DNA of 64,000 bases from Alphaproteobacteria bacterium (lineage in GTDB: Bacteria; Pseudomonadota; Alphaproteobacteria; CAAHEQ01; UBA3637). This document shows positions 47,602 to 59,500 of this stretch, one piece after another. The DNA lies in the NCBI GenBank assembly GCA_017962565.1, contig JAGCVC010000001.1:9754-73753 (forward strand), in the 5' to 3' direction. Made by a program: the position numbers and the translations under genes. Under the pieces are notes generated by a model. That model was not told where the DNA came from, did no database searches, and saw nothing but the letters and a program-made list of their open reading frames with translations. Every line of letters starts with the position of its first letter. The stretch's first letter is position 1.

Positions 47602-50600
47602 ATGAAGAAATTTTTGTTGATTCTATTAGTCATTTTTTTGTTGGTTGCCGGCGGTATGGTAGCTTTATTTTACAGAAGCTTTGATGAAAAAAATTTCAAA
47701 GAGCAAATTATTGCATCCACAAAAGAACTGACCGGTTGTGATGTTGTCATTGCAGGCGGAATAAATGTTAAAATACTTCCCTCTCCAACCGTTACTTTAA
47801 AAGATGTTATTGTTAAAAACAACCCGGAATCACAATCCGCGGGAGATCTTATGAAGATCGAAACCGTGGAAGCTCGTATTCGCTTTTCTTCATTGCTGAA
47901 AAACCCATTGATTGTTGATAACATTGTCTTAAACAAGCCGGAAATTTTCTTAAGTAGAAATGAAAAAGGTATAACAAATTGGAATTTTTCATTCTTAAGA
48001 AATTCTCACGCAGTCAGCAACGATAACCTGTTAGGTGAAAGCTTTGTTGATACACCCCCGCAATTTCAAAACATGGAATTGAAAAACGGTGTGATTTCGT
48101 ATCAAAATGCTATAAGCGGTACAAATTACAAATTGACGGAATTAGAAGGAAAAATAACTTCTTCTTCGATTACCGGGCCTTTTGATTTTTCAGGCACGGC
48201 AAAAAAAGATGCTATACCGTTAACCATTTCTCTATTTGTAGATAAATTAGATGCGGCCCCGCAAACAGCATTTAAAATGTCTATTGAAAGCTCGTCAAGT
48301 AAAGCTATTTTATCCATTCGTGATGGAAAAATTGAAAAATTGGGTGCCCCCGGACAAACTTTTTCCGGTTCTTTAACTTTCAATATTCCGAAATTATCCA
48401 ACTTCCTTTTGGAAAAGAAAGGTTATAAAAATTTGCCGGAACCGCTGAATAAGCCTGTTACCGGCAGCGGAAAATTTAACATAACCGATAAAGTTTTTGC
48501 ATTAAATGAAGTTGCAGTTCATTACGGAGCTGATGAAATCGGCGATGGTTCGGAAAATGCAGCCGTAGTGGATATCAGTTATATTTACCCGGCAAAACCA
48601 GATGAAAAAAAGAAGATTACAACGCAAATACAATCTGCTTTAATAAATTTGGATACGTTTGTACCATATCTTCCGAAGCAAATATCATGGAAAGAGTCTT
48701 TGGTAAAAGCAAAAGAATTCTTGCCTAAAGACCTGGATATCGTTATGAGAACAAATAAAATTATGTTGTTTGAACAACCTATCAAAGACTTTGATTTTTC
48801 GGCAACACTGCAAGATGATACACTGACCGTTCGTGAAATAAAAGTCAATCTGCCGGAAGAAGTTTTGCTCAAAACAAGCGGTATTGTTGATTTCAAAGAA
48901 GAACCTGTTGTTAAATTGGATTATTCTTTACAAGCAAAATCCATCCAGAAAACGCTTGATTGGTTGAAACTTAAAGAATTCCCGGTCCAAACAAGCAAAA
49001 TCGATACATTAACCGTTGCCGGACAATTTCAACTCCGGTCACAAGATTTGACATTAGGAAACATTGATATGACTATCAACAACGGAACAGTCAAAGGCGG
49101 CATTGTTTTTGCATTAACGGAACCGAATTTAACTGGTTACGTCAATTTAAATTTAAAGAAAGTTAATATAGATGATTTTGTTCCGTATGAAGCTCCTGCA
49201 AAAGAAAGAACTTTCAAAGAATGGTTGCAAGGAGTAAAGGCAGGTTTGGAAAAATCACCTTTGCTTGAAGATGTTAATGTATCTTTGACCCTGTCCGGAC
49301 AGGATATTACATTCCAATCATTACCGATGGATCAATTTACGTATGAAGGAAAAATAGAAAATAAAGCATGGAAAACAAACAGTTTGAAAGTTTCTCAAAT
49401 TGCAATGTCAAACATCGATTACAAAGGAACCATTCAAAAATTACCGGATAATTCTTTGCAATTCAACGATGTCCAAATTTCTTTAGAAATGCCAAAATCC
49501 ATGTTATTGTTAAGCAGATTAAAAATTGAAACTCCGATTACAAATAACAGCAATAAAATTAATTTAAAGACGAATTTTTCCGGTTCTTTTGATGAAATGA
49601 ATGTGGCTTCGGATATTTCACTTACGCAAGGACGTATTTACTTGCAGGGAACGGTCAAAAAAGTTTTAGCAGAAGCTTCTGATTATTCTTTATTGGTTAA
49701 ATTATCCCATCCGAATTTCCATCAATTTATGCGTTTATTCGGAGTTGAATTAAAACAACTTCCATCATTAAACGGAAACTTTTCTTTTGAAGGTAACGTA
49801 AGAAGCGTTCCTCAAAAGTTATCGTTTACAAACACAGATATGTCTATCGGATCTCAAAAAATTCAAGGTAATTTGGAATTATCCGGAAGTGATTCAGGCA
49901 TAGCGGCAAAAGGATCTGTCAAAACACCGTACCTTTATTTTGATAAATTCTTCACCGCAAATGACGTTGTAGGCAGAACAAATACAACAACAGGAAAATC
50001 AAATTTCTCCAATAGTCTGTTTAAATTTGATGCCATAAAAGATTTGTCCTTGGATATTCAATTATCTGCCGAAAAAGCAAGTTTGGGCAAAATGGAATTA
50101 GAAGCATTAGGTTCTCACATTTTATTGTCTGAAAAAATGCTTGTTTTGGATAAAACAACAGCCACTTTAAATGGTGGAAAATTAGATTTTTCATCTGCAT
50201 TAAATTACAGTACGGCAATTCCGTTTATTAAAGGTTCTTTGAAATTAAATGAAGTGCCTTTACGTGCTGATTTGATAACGTTGGGAATGTTCCGCTTAAA
50301 AAGCGGTGTAACTTCTTTAGCATTAGATTTCAATGCACGCGGAAATTCACTTAACGATATGATACATGAACTGTCAAGCACCGGTAACTTTACCATCAAT
50401 AATGGTGCAATATCCAGTTTGAATTTAAAGGCTTTTGAACATCGTGTTCGTACAACATTAGCCCGTAGCGAAAGCCTTGATAACCTGGCTCAACAGTTGA
50501 ACCGTGAAATGACTGTCGGAGAAACTGAATTTGACTCTTTGGCAGGAAGTTTTGCTGTCACAAACGGCATATTAAGAACATCTGATACTGTTTTACGTAC

Positions 50601-51459
50601 TCCTGATGCAAATGCCATTATTCAAACAAGCCTTGATATTTCCGAATTAATGGTCAATTCCTCTTGGGCCATTAACTTTAAAAGCTTCACCGGTTATCCG
50701 CCTATTTCCATTCTTATAAAAGGAATGATGTATAACCCACAAACAAATATCGATTTTGCGTCCTTTATCAATTATATGAAAACAACGTCAAACGATATCA
50801 AAGAACGCTTGGTTAAACAAGAACAAGCTAAGCAACAAGAACAGCTGCGTAAAGAATCTAGAGAAAGAACTCAATCATTATTTAAAATGGTAGAAAACGC
50901 ACGCGATCAAATTGCAAAAACAGAACAAATAATGGCTCTTGCTTCAACTCCGGAAACTAAAACAGAGTTGATCAGAGTAAAAGATGCTTTTGTTATTCTG
51001 CAAGAATTGGCAAATAAACAATCTCCTTCTGTAGCAGATACAGAAAAAGCCGCTCAACAAGCTTCATTAATTGAATCCAGAACTTCTATGATTTTAAAGA
51101 GTGTGACAGAACAAGCTGTCCAAGCAATCCGTCAGGAAATCAAAGCAACGGAACAAAAAGCTCAAGAAAAAATGCATTCTATTAACAAGATAAATCAAAG
51201 ATTGTACTCCGTAGAATTTGTCGAAGAAGCTTACAAAAATGCGTTTGAAGCTATGACTTTGATCAAACAAATATTAAGTGAATCAAATAAATCTTCTGAT
51301 TTGGAAAAATTAAACGAATATCTTCAAAATGCACAAGAAGCTTTGAGCGTTATTGAAGGCCAATATGAAAGTATTGCTAAGTTTGATTTAGACTCTCAAA
51401 TTCAAGAAGAACCGGCTCCGTCTTCAAAAGTATCGGGTTCAATCCGCAGAGCTTCATAA
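47602..51459 (+). CDS. asmA: AsmA-family large envelope protein (1285 aa) with N-terminal TM anchor and C-terminal coiled-coil region
   Basis: RBS GAGAGGAG; N-terminal anchor MKKFLLILLVIFLLVAGGMVALFY followed by long beta-rich AsmA-like domain. Confidence 0.7.
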   Translation: MKKFLLILLVIFLLVAGGMVALFYRSFDEKNFKEQIIASTKELTGCDVVIAGGINVKILPSPTVTLKDVIVKNNPESQSAGDLMKIETVEARIRFSSLLKNPLIVDNIVLNKPEIFLSRNEKGITNWNFSFLRNSHAVSNDNLLGESFVDTPPQFQNMELKNGVISYQNAISGTNYKLTELEGKITSSSITGPFDFSGTAKKDAIPLTISLFVDKLDAAPQTAFKMSIESSSSKAILSIRDGKIEKLGAPGQTFSGSLTFNIPKLSNFLLEKKGYKNLPEPLNKPVTGSGKFNITDKVFALNEVAVHYGADEIGDGSENAAVVDISYIYPAKPDEKKKITTQIQSALINLDTFVPYLPKQISWKESLVKAKEFLPKDLDIVMRTNKIMLFEQPIKDFDFSATLQDDTLTVREIKVNLPEEVLLKTSGIVDFKEEPVVKLDYSLQAKSIQKTLDWLKLKEFPVQTSKIDTLTVAGQFQLRSQDLTLGNIDMTINNGTVKGGIVFALTEPNLTGYVNLNLKKVNIDDFVPYEAPAKERTFKEWLQGVKAGLEKSPLLEDVNVSLTLSGQDITFQSLPMDQFTYEGKIENKAWKTNSLKVSQIAMSNIDYKGTIQKLPDNSLQFNDVQISLEMPKSMLLLSRLKIETPITNNSNKINLKTNFSGSFDEMNVASDISLTQGRIYLQGTVKKVLAEASDYSLLVKLSHPNFHQFMRLFGVELKQLPSLNGNFSFEGNVRSVPQKLSFTNTDMSIGSQKIQGNLELSGSDSGIAAKGSVKTPYLYFDKFFTANDVVGRTNTTTGKSNFSNSLFKFDAIKDLSLDIQLSAEKASLGKMELEALGSHILLSEKMLVLDKTTATLNGGKLDFSSALNYSTAIPFIKGSLKLNEVPLRADLITLGMFRLKSGVTSLALDFNARGNSLNDMIHELSSTGNFTINNGAISSLNLKAFEHRVRTTLARSESLDNLAQQLNREMTVGETEFDSLAGSFAVTNGILRTSDTVLRTPDANAIIQTSLDISELMVNSSWAINFKSFTGYPPISILIKGMMYNPQTNIDFASFINYMKTTSNDIKERLVKQEQAKQQEQLRKESRERTQSLFKMVENARDQIAKTEQIMALASTPETKTELIRVKDAFVILQELANKQSPSVADTEKAAQQASLIESRTSMILKSVTEQAVQAIRQEIKATEQKAQEKMHSINKINQRLYSVEFVEEAYKNAFEAMTLIKQILSESNKSSDLEKLNEYLQNAQEALSVIEGQYESIAKFDLDSQIQEEPAPSSKVSGSIRRAS

Positions 51460-51469
51460 GGCACAAAAA

Positions 51470-52018
51470 ATGAAAAAATCAATTACAATCACAGGTTCTT
51501 TGGGTTCCGGAAAATCAACTGTTGCCAAAAAATTGAGTTCAGATTTGGGATTGACTTATTATTCAACCGGTTCTGCGCAACGGCAAATTGCCGCACAAAT
51601 GGGCATTACAACGTTGCAACTAAATCATCTTGCAGACAAAGATAAAAGCATCGACGAAAAAATTGATGGCGTTATTAAAAATATGAATAATGACGGGAAT
51701 GCCTATATCGTAGATTCTCGTCTGGCATGGCATTTTATGCCCGCTTCATTCAAGGTCAAATTGATTGTTGAAAAGACACACGCAGCGCAACGCATTTTTA
51801 ACGACAATTTACGCTCATCAGAAAGCAAGTATAAAAATGTAGATGAAGTAATCAAAGCAATTGAAGAACGCCGTCAGAGTGAACGAGAACGCTTTTTGCG
51901 CGTATATCAAGTTGACATTGAAAATAATTCTGCTTTTGATCTGGTTGTTGATACAACGAATCTGTCCATTGATGAGGTCTGTCAACAAATCAAAAACGCT
52001 TATCAGAAAGCTATCTGA
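51470..52018 (+). CDS. Cytidylate kinase-like family P-loop NTP kinase (182 aa)
   Basis: Walker A GSLGSGKST at N-terminus, short (archaeal-type/Cmk-like family 2) architecture; 10 nt downstream of asmA stop. Confidence 0.6.
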   Translation: MKKSITITGSLGSGKSTVAKKLSSDLGLTYYSTGSAQRQIAAQMGITTLQLNHLADKDKSIDEKIDGVIKNMNNDGNAYIVDSRLAWHFMPASFKVKLIVEKTHAAQRIFNDNLRSSESKYKNVDEVIKAIEERRQSERERFLRVYQVDIENNSAFDLVVDTTNLSIDEVCQQIKNAYQKAI

Positions 52019-52161
52019 AAGTTTTATTCTTAATACTCCATTATGGTCTATATCAGAACAGCTTATACAAAATAAGCTTTTTTCCCTATTTTCATTGACT
52101 TTACCCATTCTTAATGCCAGCATTTTGAAAAACAAAATGTTATAAATAAAAGGATGGAAAA

Positions 52162-52530
52162 ATGTATAAAGAAAAAATCTTACCTGTAAAAAATTGGTTG
52201 ATGGCATGTTTTAACATAAAAAAAACATGCCTTGATGAAAATTTCAAAACAAACAAATTTAACATTCCCATTCAAATACATGCAAATACAAAACCGTCTT
52301 TGCCCATCCATATTGCCCTATCATCAAACAAACCGTATAAAATCAATTCCGCAATAATAAATGCATTAGGTGGGTTAAATAACATAGAAACTTATCATGA
52401 AATTCCAAATTCCAGACGAATACGTCTAACGTTGGTCAATCCGTCTTTAATCAATAACACTCTATTGGAAGAATTGGATGTACGTATGTTTATTCGGATA
52501 GGAAAAAAGATTGTACATATTATCCCGTAA
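52162..52530 (+). CDS. Hypothetical protein (122 aa)
   Basis: ORF only; convergent with virB11. Confidence 0.4.
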   Translation: MYKEKILPVKNWLMACFNIKKTCLDENFKTNKFNIPIQIHANTKPSLPIHIALSSNKPYKINSAIINALGGLNNIETYHEIPNSRRIRLTLVNPSLINNTLLEELDVRMFIRIGKKIVHIIP

Positions 52531-52545
52531 AACGGGACTACAGCA

Positions 52546-53535
52546 TTAAGTAATACTTGTCACGGCACGGATGTTACCATTACGGTTGATTTGAACAACA
52601 CGCAACTTATCGTGCATTTCCTTTAATGTTTTTTCTCGGTCGATTGTCGGTGTTGTACGCATAATACGTGCAACGAAAGCTCTGTATGCTTCTTCGGTAT
52701 TTTCGGCATGGATAGTTGCAAAACAGTTTTCATGACCAGATCCCATCAGTTCCCAAACCGCGCTGGCATTTGATGTAGAAATTTCACCGCAAATAATCGC
52801 ATCCGGCGTAAAACGCACAATCAAGTCAATCACGCGTGTATAAGAAAACTTATTGGTTTGATCTGTACGAGGCAACACAACATGCACTCTGTTTTTATGC
52901 GGAATAATCAATTCGCGTGTATCTTCAACCGTAATAATGCGCTTATGTTCATCAACCAACTTTATCATATTGTTTAAAAAAGTTGTTTTACCGGTTGCCG
53001 TTCCACCACTAATTAAAATGTGTTCACCTTTTCGAATAGACAATAACAAACGATCGTAAGGATCATCAGGATCTTCTACCTGAGCCATTTTATTTAAAGG
53101 CCGTAACCGTTGCCCTTGTTCCAAATTAAAGTCGCTAAATTCAATCCCGATATCTTCTTTATAAACACGGATGGCTAATGCAACACCACCTGTCAAATCT
53201 TCATTATCATACATTACATTCCGACCACTAATGCCCGTAAAACGATGCCCGCCCGGTAATGTAGCATAAACAACAGGGTTACCTTCTGTCGGTTCAAAAG
53301 ATTGATCATAGCTGTTTGCAATAATATACAAAATATTATTCAAATATTCTCTGGTTAACTTTGGATCTTCCTGTTCTTGCCAAGGATGCTCTCTACGTCC
53401 ACGCAAACGCAACCAAATGGCACCCGGATGGTCAACAGCAACTTCCTCCACACCGTCTTGTTTATACCAGTAAGATAAAGGACGCAGAGCAGATTCTAAA
53501 ACCTTATACGTTTCGGAAATTGATAACTCTGGCAT
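52546..53535 (-). CDS. virB11: Type IV secretion system ATPase VirB11
   Basis: 329 aa; Walker A GGTATGKTT, VirB11/TrbB/GspE-family Asp and His boxes; RBS AAGAGAGGGG; start 15 nt after virB10 stop. Confidence 0.9.
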   Translation of the reverse strand: MPELSISETYKVLESALRPLSYWYKQDGVEEVAVDHPGAIWLRLRGRREHPWQEQEDPKLTREYLNNILYIIANSYDQSFEPTEGNPVVYATLPGGHRFTGISGRNVMYDNEDLTGGVALAIRVYKEDIGIEFSDFNLEQGQRLRPLNKMAQVEDPDDPYDRLLLSIRKGEHILISGGTATGKTTFLNNMIKLVDEHKRIITVEDTRELIIPHKNRVHVVLPRTDQTNKFSYTRVIDLIVRFTPDAIICGEISTSNASAVWELMGSGHENCFATIHAENTEEAYRAFVARIMRTTPTIDREKTLKEMHDKLRVVQINRNGNIRAVTSIT

Positions 53536-53549
53536 TAACCCCTCTCTTT

Positions 53550-56500
53550 TTAATACAGCGTATCTGAAGCATTCACACGACTGGAACCACGTTTTGCCAA
53601 CGGCTTAGCCACACTCTGATTAACCTTGTAGTCCGATAATCCCTGACGAGAACGATAACGATCTTCCAAGCTCTGTTCTTTCTTGGAAGCCGTTTCTTCA
53701 TCTTCATCAGAAGAAGCCGGTGTATAGATATTTTCATCTGTATATTCCGGTTCGTAATAATCCTCATCATCTTCAGATTCTGCTTCATCGGATCCCTGTG
53801 ATCCATTCGTTGCAGCAGGACGTGTCGAACGGTCAGCAGTTGGTCTTTGCTGCATCCGACCAGAATTACCCTTTGGTGTCTGAGCCGCTGTCGGATCCGG
53901 TCCGTTTTCGGCAACATAATCATCTTCATCATCCTGTTCGCTACGTAACCACAAATCATCCATAGCAAACACAGTCATACGCGTACCGGACGGAACAAAA
54001 ACAACCGGCGGAGTTGAAGAAGATTCTTCTATCATCTGCTGGAAGATTTGTTCCATGTCATCCAAGAATCTTTCACGTGCATCTTGTGCAGCTTGAGCTC
54101 TGGCAGATTGAGTAGAAGTACCATAGTTTTCATTGGTAGTTACAGCATCATCTGAGGAAATAATATAACTGATTGCAGAAGTCAATGTTGATTGCAACAA
54201 AGGTTTACCGTAACGAGCTAACCATTGTTCATCCAAGTAAGCAGCTACACCGCCTCGACCTTGAGCATCTCCGGATGTTCCGCTTAAAGTAAACTGCGAT
54301 CCGTCAGGACGGATTAAACGTTCCCAAGAAATTTCCATCATAGACACGTGGTTTGTTCCTGCACCACCCGAACAACGACCGATTAACTTACTACCGGCCG
54401 GGATAACGATATTACGTCCATCTTCAGCAAACACATTACGTTCCACAATTGCAGAAGCAGGCACACTCGGATAACGAGAGTCAATTGAACGTACTAACAC
54501 AGCAGGAATTGCTTTGTCTTTCAAAATCATTCTTGTCATGTCAACCGGCCAAGATGAAACGATCTTTGAACCAAAATCTTTATCCTGTTTTTGTTTTGCA
54601 CGCGCTAAGACACGTCCGTCTGGTGTAATCTTTGCCATATTACGACCAACACCTTGTTTCATTTCTGCCCGTCGACGAGCCAACAAATCACGCATTGCAG
54701 AAGCTTGTGCCGGATCAAACTGTAATTTTTCTTGTGGATAAAGCCCGTTTGCACCCGTAGCACCATTCAATCCTAATTCATCAGCTAACAAATTGCCGGA
54801 TAATGAATAAGGAACACCATTGCGTAAAGTACCAACAACTGCACCGGTTGCATCAACAATTGTATTATCAGGCATTACAAAGAAACTCTTATCCCCGATT
54901 GCAATCCGACGACCCGTTAAACCGGCACCACCTATTCCCGGCGATCCCGCTAACAAATTCTTTACACCGGAAACAAATCCCGTTGAAGAAGTGGGTTTTA
55001 ATTTACCAACAACTTTACCATTGATTTCAACAGTACCATCCGGATGAATCTTTCCGATGATATTACCATTTGCATCACGGATGTTTCCGAATTCGTCAAC
55101 ATAACCGATGACATTACCGTATTTATCATAAACTATACAATTTTTGATGGTATAAAGCAATTCACCATTGTCATCATAGACTGTTCCATCATACTTTTTA
55201 CATGGCGGGTTTGTATCCAATTTACCCAAGATTTTACCATTGACTTCAACAGTACCATCCGGATGAATCTTTCCAATGATATTGCCATCTTTATCGCGAA
55301 TGTTTCCGTATTCATCCACATATCCGATAACATTACCGTATTTATCATACAAGACACAATCTTTAATCCAACCGTTCATTTCACCATTTTCATCATAAAT
55401 GATACCATCGTATTTCTGACACGGTTTTTCAAAGTCTTCAAACATCGTAATTGTGCCATCAGGATTCAAACGTCCTATTGGTTTACCGTTCATATCATAA
55501 ATGATGCCGTCCGGTCCGATCCAGCCGGTTTGATTACCATCCAAATCAAATAACTTACCGTCTTTGATATATCCCGTAATATTACCGTTTGCATCATAAA
55601 TGTAGTTTGGCAAATTCGTTGCATTACCAATCTTATTTCCGGCTAAATCATAGATATTGCCGTCTTCATCCAAATAGCCAATTAAGTTACCGTTTGGATC
55701 ATACAATTTATCATCGGCACCAACCGTAAATAAGTGCTTACCGTTATTGTCAAATACTTTACCGCCTTTATCCATAGAACCGATAATGTTGCCATTATCA
55801 TCAAAGAGCAAGTGGTTCTTTTTGATATCGACAACAGAACCGATCTTGTTGCCGTCCAAATCAACAACCGTTCCATCACCCAATACTTTACCGATAACTT
55901 CACCGTTAGCATTAACAACTTGTCCGTTTCTTAAAACACGACCGATAACGTTTCCGTTTTCATCAACAACAATACCGCGTTTTAATACATGACCGATAAC
56001 ATTGCCATCGTGGTCAATAACCGTTCCGTCTTCCAAAGCACAACCGATTGACACACCTTCCATATTTACAACATCAGCATCCGGCAACGTACGACCCAAC
56101 ACATCACCATTGTCTGCAATAACAGTTCCTTTTAATACAATACCGCCCAAAGATTGACCTTTTTCGTCTTTAGCCAATCCGTCTAATCCGACATAACCGA
56201 CCACTTTGGCATTACCATCAATAATACGACCATCGTAACGAACTTGTCCTTGAATTTGACATTGTTTTGTAACCAATTCTTTCGGAACAACAGCACCTAA
56301 AGTTTTTAATTGATGCTTTCCTTTAACAGCTCCGTTAGAAGCCAAAGGACCAACTTTTGCACCTTTGATATCTGTTACATAACCGTCACCGGTTGAATCA
56401 CCGATAACATTTGTTTGATGATCAATTGCTGTTCTAAAACCAACCAAAGCACCGGCCAAATTACCGTCTGTTCCCAACAACGTTGCATCATCCAAAACGG

Positions 56501-59500
56501 AAGCTATCTTTTTATTAGCTATATCTAAAACATCACCACTAGGCATTGAACGACCGAATAAAACCGGTTTCAAACCGATCGCAGCACCACTGCTGATAAC
56601 ATCTGCAAAATCAGGCATTACACCATAACTGTCACGACTGAGCAAACGAACGATTGTACCATCCTGCATAGCACGTCCGACAAGTGCTCCGTCTGCTTTA
56701 ACAACAGAACCATCAGGTGCAACAAAACCAACTATTTTTGCAAAATCATCTACCGCTGCACCGATCGGCATTGTTATACCAACCAAACGATTGTCAACAC
56801 TTAATGCTGTACCGAACGGCATCAGTGTTGCAATACGTGAACCTTCGTTATCATTAACCGCATTTGAAATAGATGTTGTACCGACAATACGTCCGTCACG
56901 ACCAACCATCACGGATGGTTCAATCAAACCGCCGACAACTTTATCCAAGGAATCATACATAACTGAATCCGGTAAAGTTTTTGCCGCCAAAGTATTACTT
57001 TGTAAAACCGTTCCATCGGCAATTGCATTTCCGGCAATTGATAAATCGGAAGCCAAACAAATACCAAACGGAACATATCCTCCAACGATTGCCTTATTCT
57101 TATCTACAATACGCATACTGGTTGTTAAAACATCTGTTTCTTCAACACCATCAACTTCTTGTAAAACAGTAGCATCAGAGAAAATATGTCCCATGACTTT
57201 GCCTTGTTCATTTTCTGCAAAGCCTTGCGGCATCATGTTACCCAAAATTTCATCATTATTATTGACCAATGTTGTTCCGATTACTTGTCCGACAACGGCA
57301 CCTTTGCCATCACGAACAACACCATCAAATGCCATAGCACCCAATACTTTTCCTTTTTGATCAAAGTAAAGTGTTCCGTAAGGAATATAAGAACCTAACA
57401 CTTGATTGTTAGCATCTATAATTCTGTTATCATAACGAATTTGTCCGATAGCTTGTCCGCGTTCATTGACAACAGCAGCATCATAACGTGTGAATCCCAA
57501 TTTTTTACCATTGACATCCAATGCAACACCTTTTTGTAAAACGCGACCAACCCAAATATCTTTTGCATTGATTAAACGGTCATCATAAGGGAAGGATCCC
57601 AATACTTCGCCCGTACGACCCAAAACACGTCCGTCAACGGAAACGACACCTGCAAAATTACCTTTTAAATCCGTCACTGTTTGACGCGGTATCAAATGAC
57701 CAACTTGCATACCGGATTCATCAACAGCATATCCGTCAGGCATCATCTTTCCGATAGAATGGAAATCTTCACGTGCATTTACTTTTCCTTCAAAGGCTAA
57801 CCAACCTTTTACTCTGCCGTCTGTTCCGATAACAGAACCCAAACGCACCAAAGAACCTAAAACTTGACCGTTATTACCGTAAACATTACCGGCAGCCGTC
57901 ACATGTCCGACAGGCTTACCGTCTTTATTTACTTCGCCATTGATTGTCATAAATCCGATTAATTCACCGTTCTTACCCAATGGAATAGAAGCTTCCGGGA
58001 ATACCATACCGATAACGGCACCATCAGAATTTAAAACTGTTCTGTTTAAAGTAACAACACCGATTTGTTTTTGGTCGGCAGACATAACCGTTCCGTTACC
58101 TTGAACAGAACCCAATACCTTACCATTCCAATCTAAAACAGAACCGGTCGGCATCAAACCACCCAAGACGACACCATCTTTATCCATGACACTGCCATCA
58201 GCACGAATATTACCCAAAATTTGAGAATTACTATCTATTACTTCACCGTTACCGTTAACAGAACCGATCCGTTCATTATCAATATTGATAATCTGACTGC
58301 CATCCGGAATCAAAGCACCGATGATTTCTGATTTTTCGATACTGACAGCTGTATAATCCGGCAAGACACGCGCAAACTTAACACCTTTTGGATCCATCGC
58401 AAAACCAATCTTGCTGGTAAAGCGTCCCAAGAAACGACCTTCCGGAGAAACGATGATACCATCTGGCGGAATAAATCCGATAATTTCACCACGTTCATTA
58501 ACAACTTTATCATCAATCAACGTACCGATTAAATTACCGTTCTCATCATATTCTTTGCCATTAACAACGGTCCAACCTGTCGGATTACCATTTTCATCCA
58601 AAATAGCACCCGCTGTTGCATCAGCAACAATACCGATTAAGTTACCTTTTTCATCAACAACCGTTCCATCCGGGTTAACGCAACCGATAACAGAGCCGGT
58701 CTTATCAACAACTTTTCCATCCGGACGAACATAACCCAAGAATTTACCTTTTAAGTCTACAACCGCACCCAACGGGGTAACACCACCGATAACTTCCCCG
58801 GATCTGTTCAAAACTTTTTTATCCGGATCAACAAAACCGACAGAAACACCTTCTGAATTGATTACTTGGCCATTCAAATCAAGAATACCCAACAAGACAC
58901 ATCCCGGAGCAACAGCGGTTCCTTTTGGTATAACCGCACCGATAATCTTTTCGTTCAAATCCATCACATAACCGGAAGTCAGGACAGAACCGACAGCTTC
59001 ACCTGTTGGTTTGACAACAAAACCACTTGGTAAAACCAAACCTTGAACTTCACCATCATATCCGATTACACGACCCCGTGGCATAATCGCACCGATAATT
59101 TCTTTACCGGAAGCAACTGATCCATCCGGATTAACACAACCGATTAAATCAGCATCTTTCGTAACAGCCTTACCTTCAGAATTTAAGAAGGCAATAACTT
59201 CACCCGCCGGATTAATGATTAAACCTTCACGAATAACCATACCGACCGGAACTCCGGACATATCTAAAACTAAACCATTGATTGTTGTGTAAGCAACTTG
59301 TTGATCAAAGGCATTATAAATTTTACCATTACCGCCAACTTTACCCAAAATACCGCAAGTATGACCGATACCTAAACCTTTTGCAACAGTTCCACCGACA
59401 ATGGCGCCACTGTCATTGACAACCAAACCACCCGGTAAGATCCGTCCGATTACTTGACCTTCAGCCGAAACAACCGTACCATTTAATTGTGTAGCACCAA

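Noticed and set aside
51818-52207. 129-aa minus-strand ORF overlapping the 3' end of the cmk-like gene and start of the 122-aa gene
   Set aside because: AT-rich antisense frame overlapping two better-supported plus-strand genes; no RBS.
52522-52538. Short hairpin tcccg-taaaa-cggga between convergent 122-aa gene and virB11
   Set aside because: Only 5 bp, overlaps the stop codon of the 122-aa ORF and lacks a clear U-run; too weak to call a terminator.
53573-55553. ORFs 53573..53968 (-), 53720..53965 (+), 55044..55553 (+) etc. within virB10
   Set aside because: Nested in or antisense to the continuous 7-kb virB10 ORF; repeat- and low-complexity-driven open frames.
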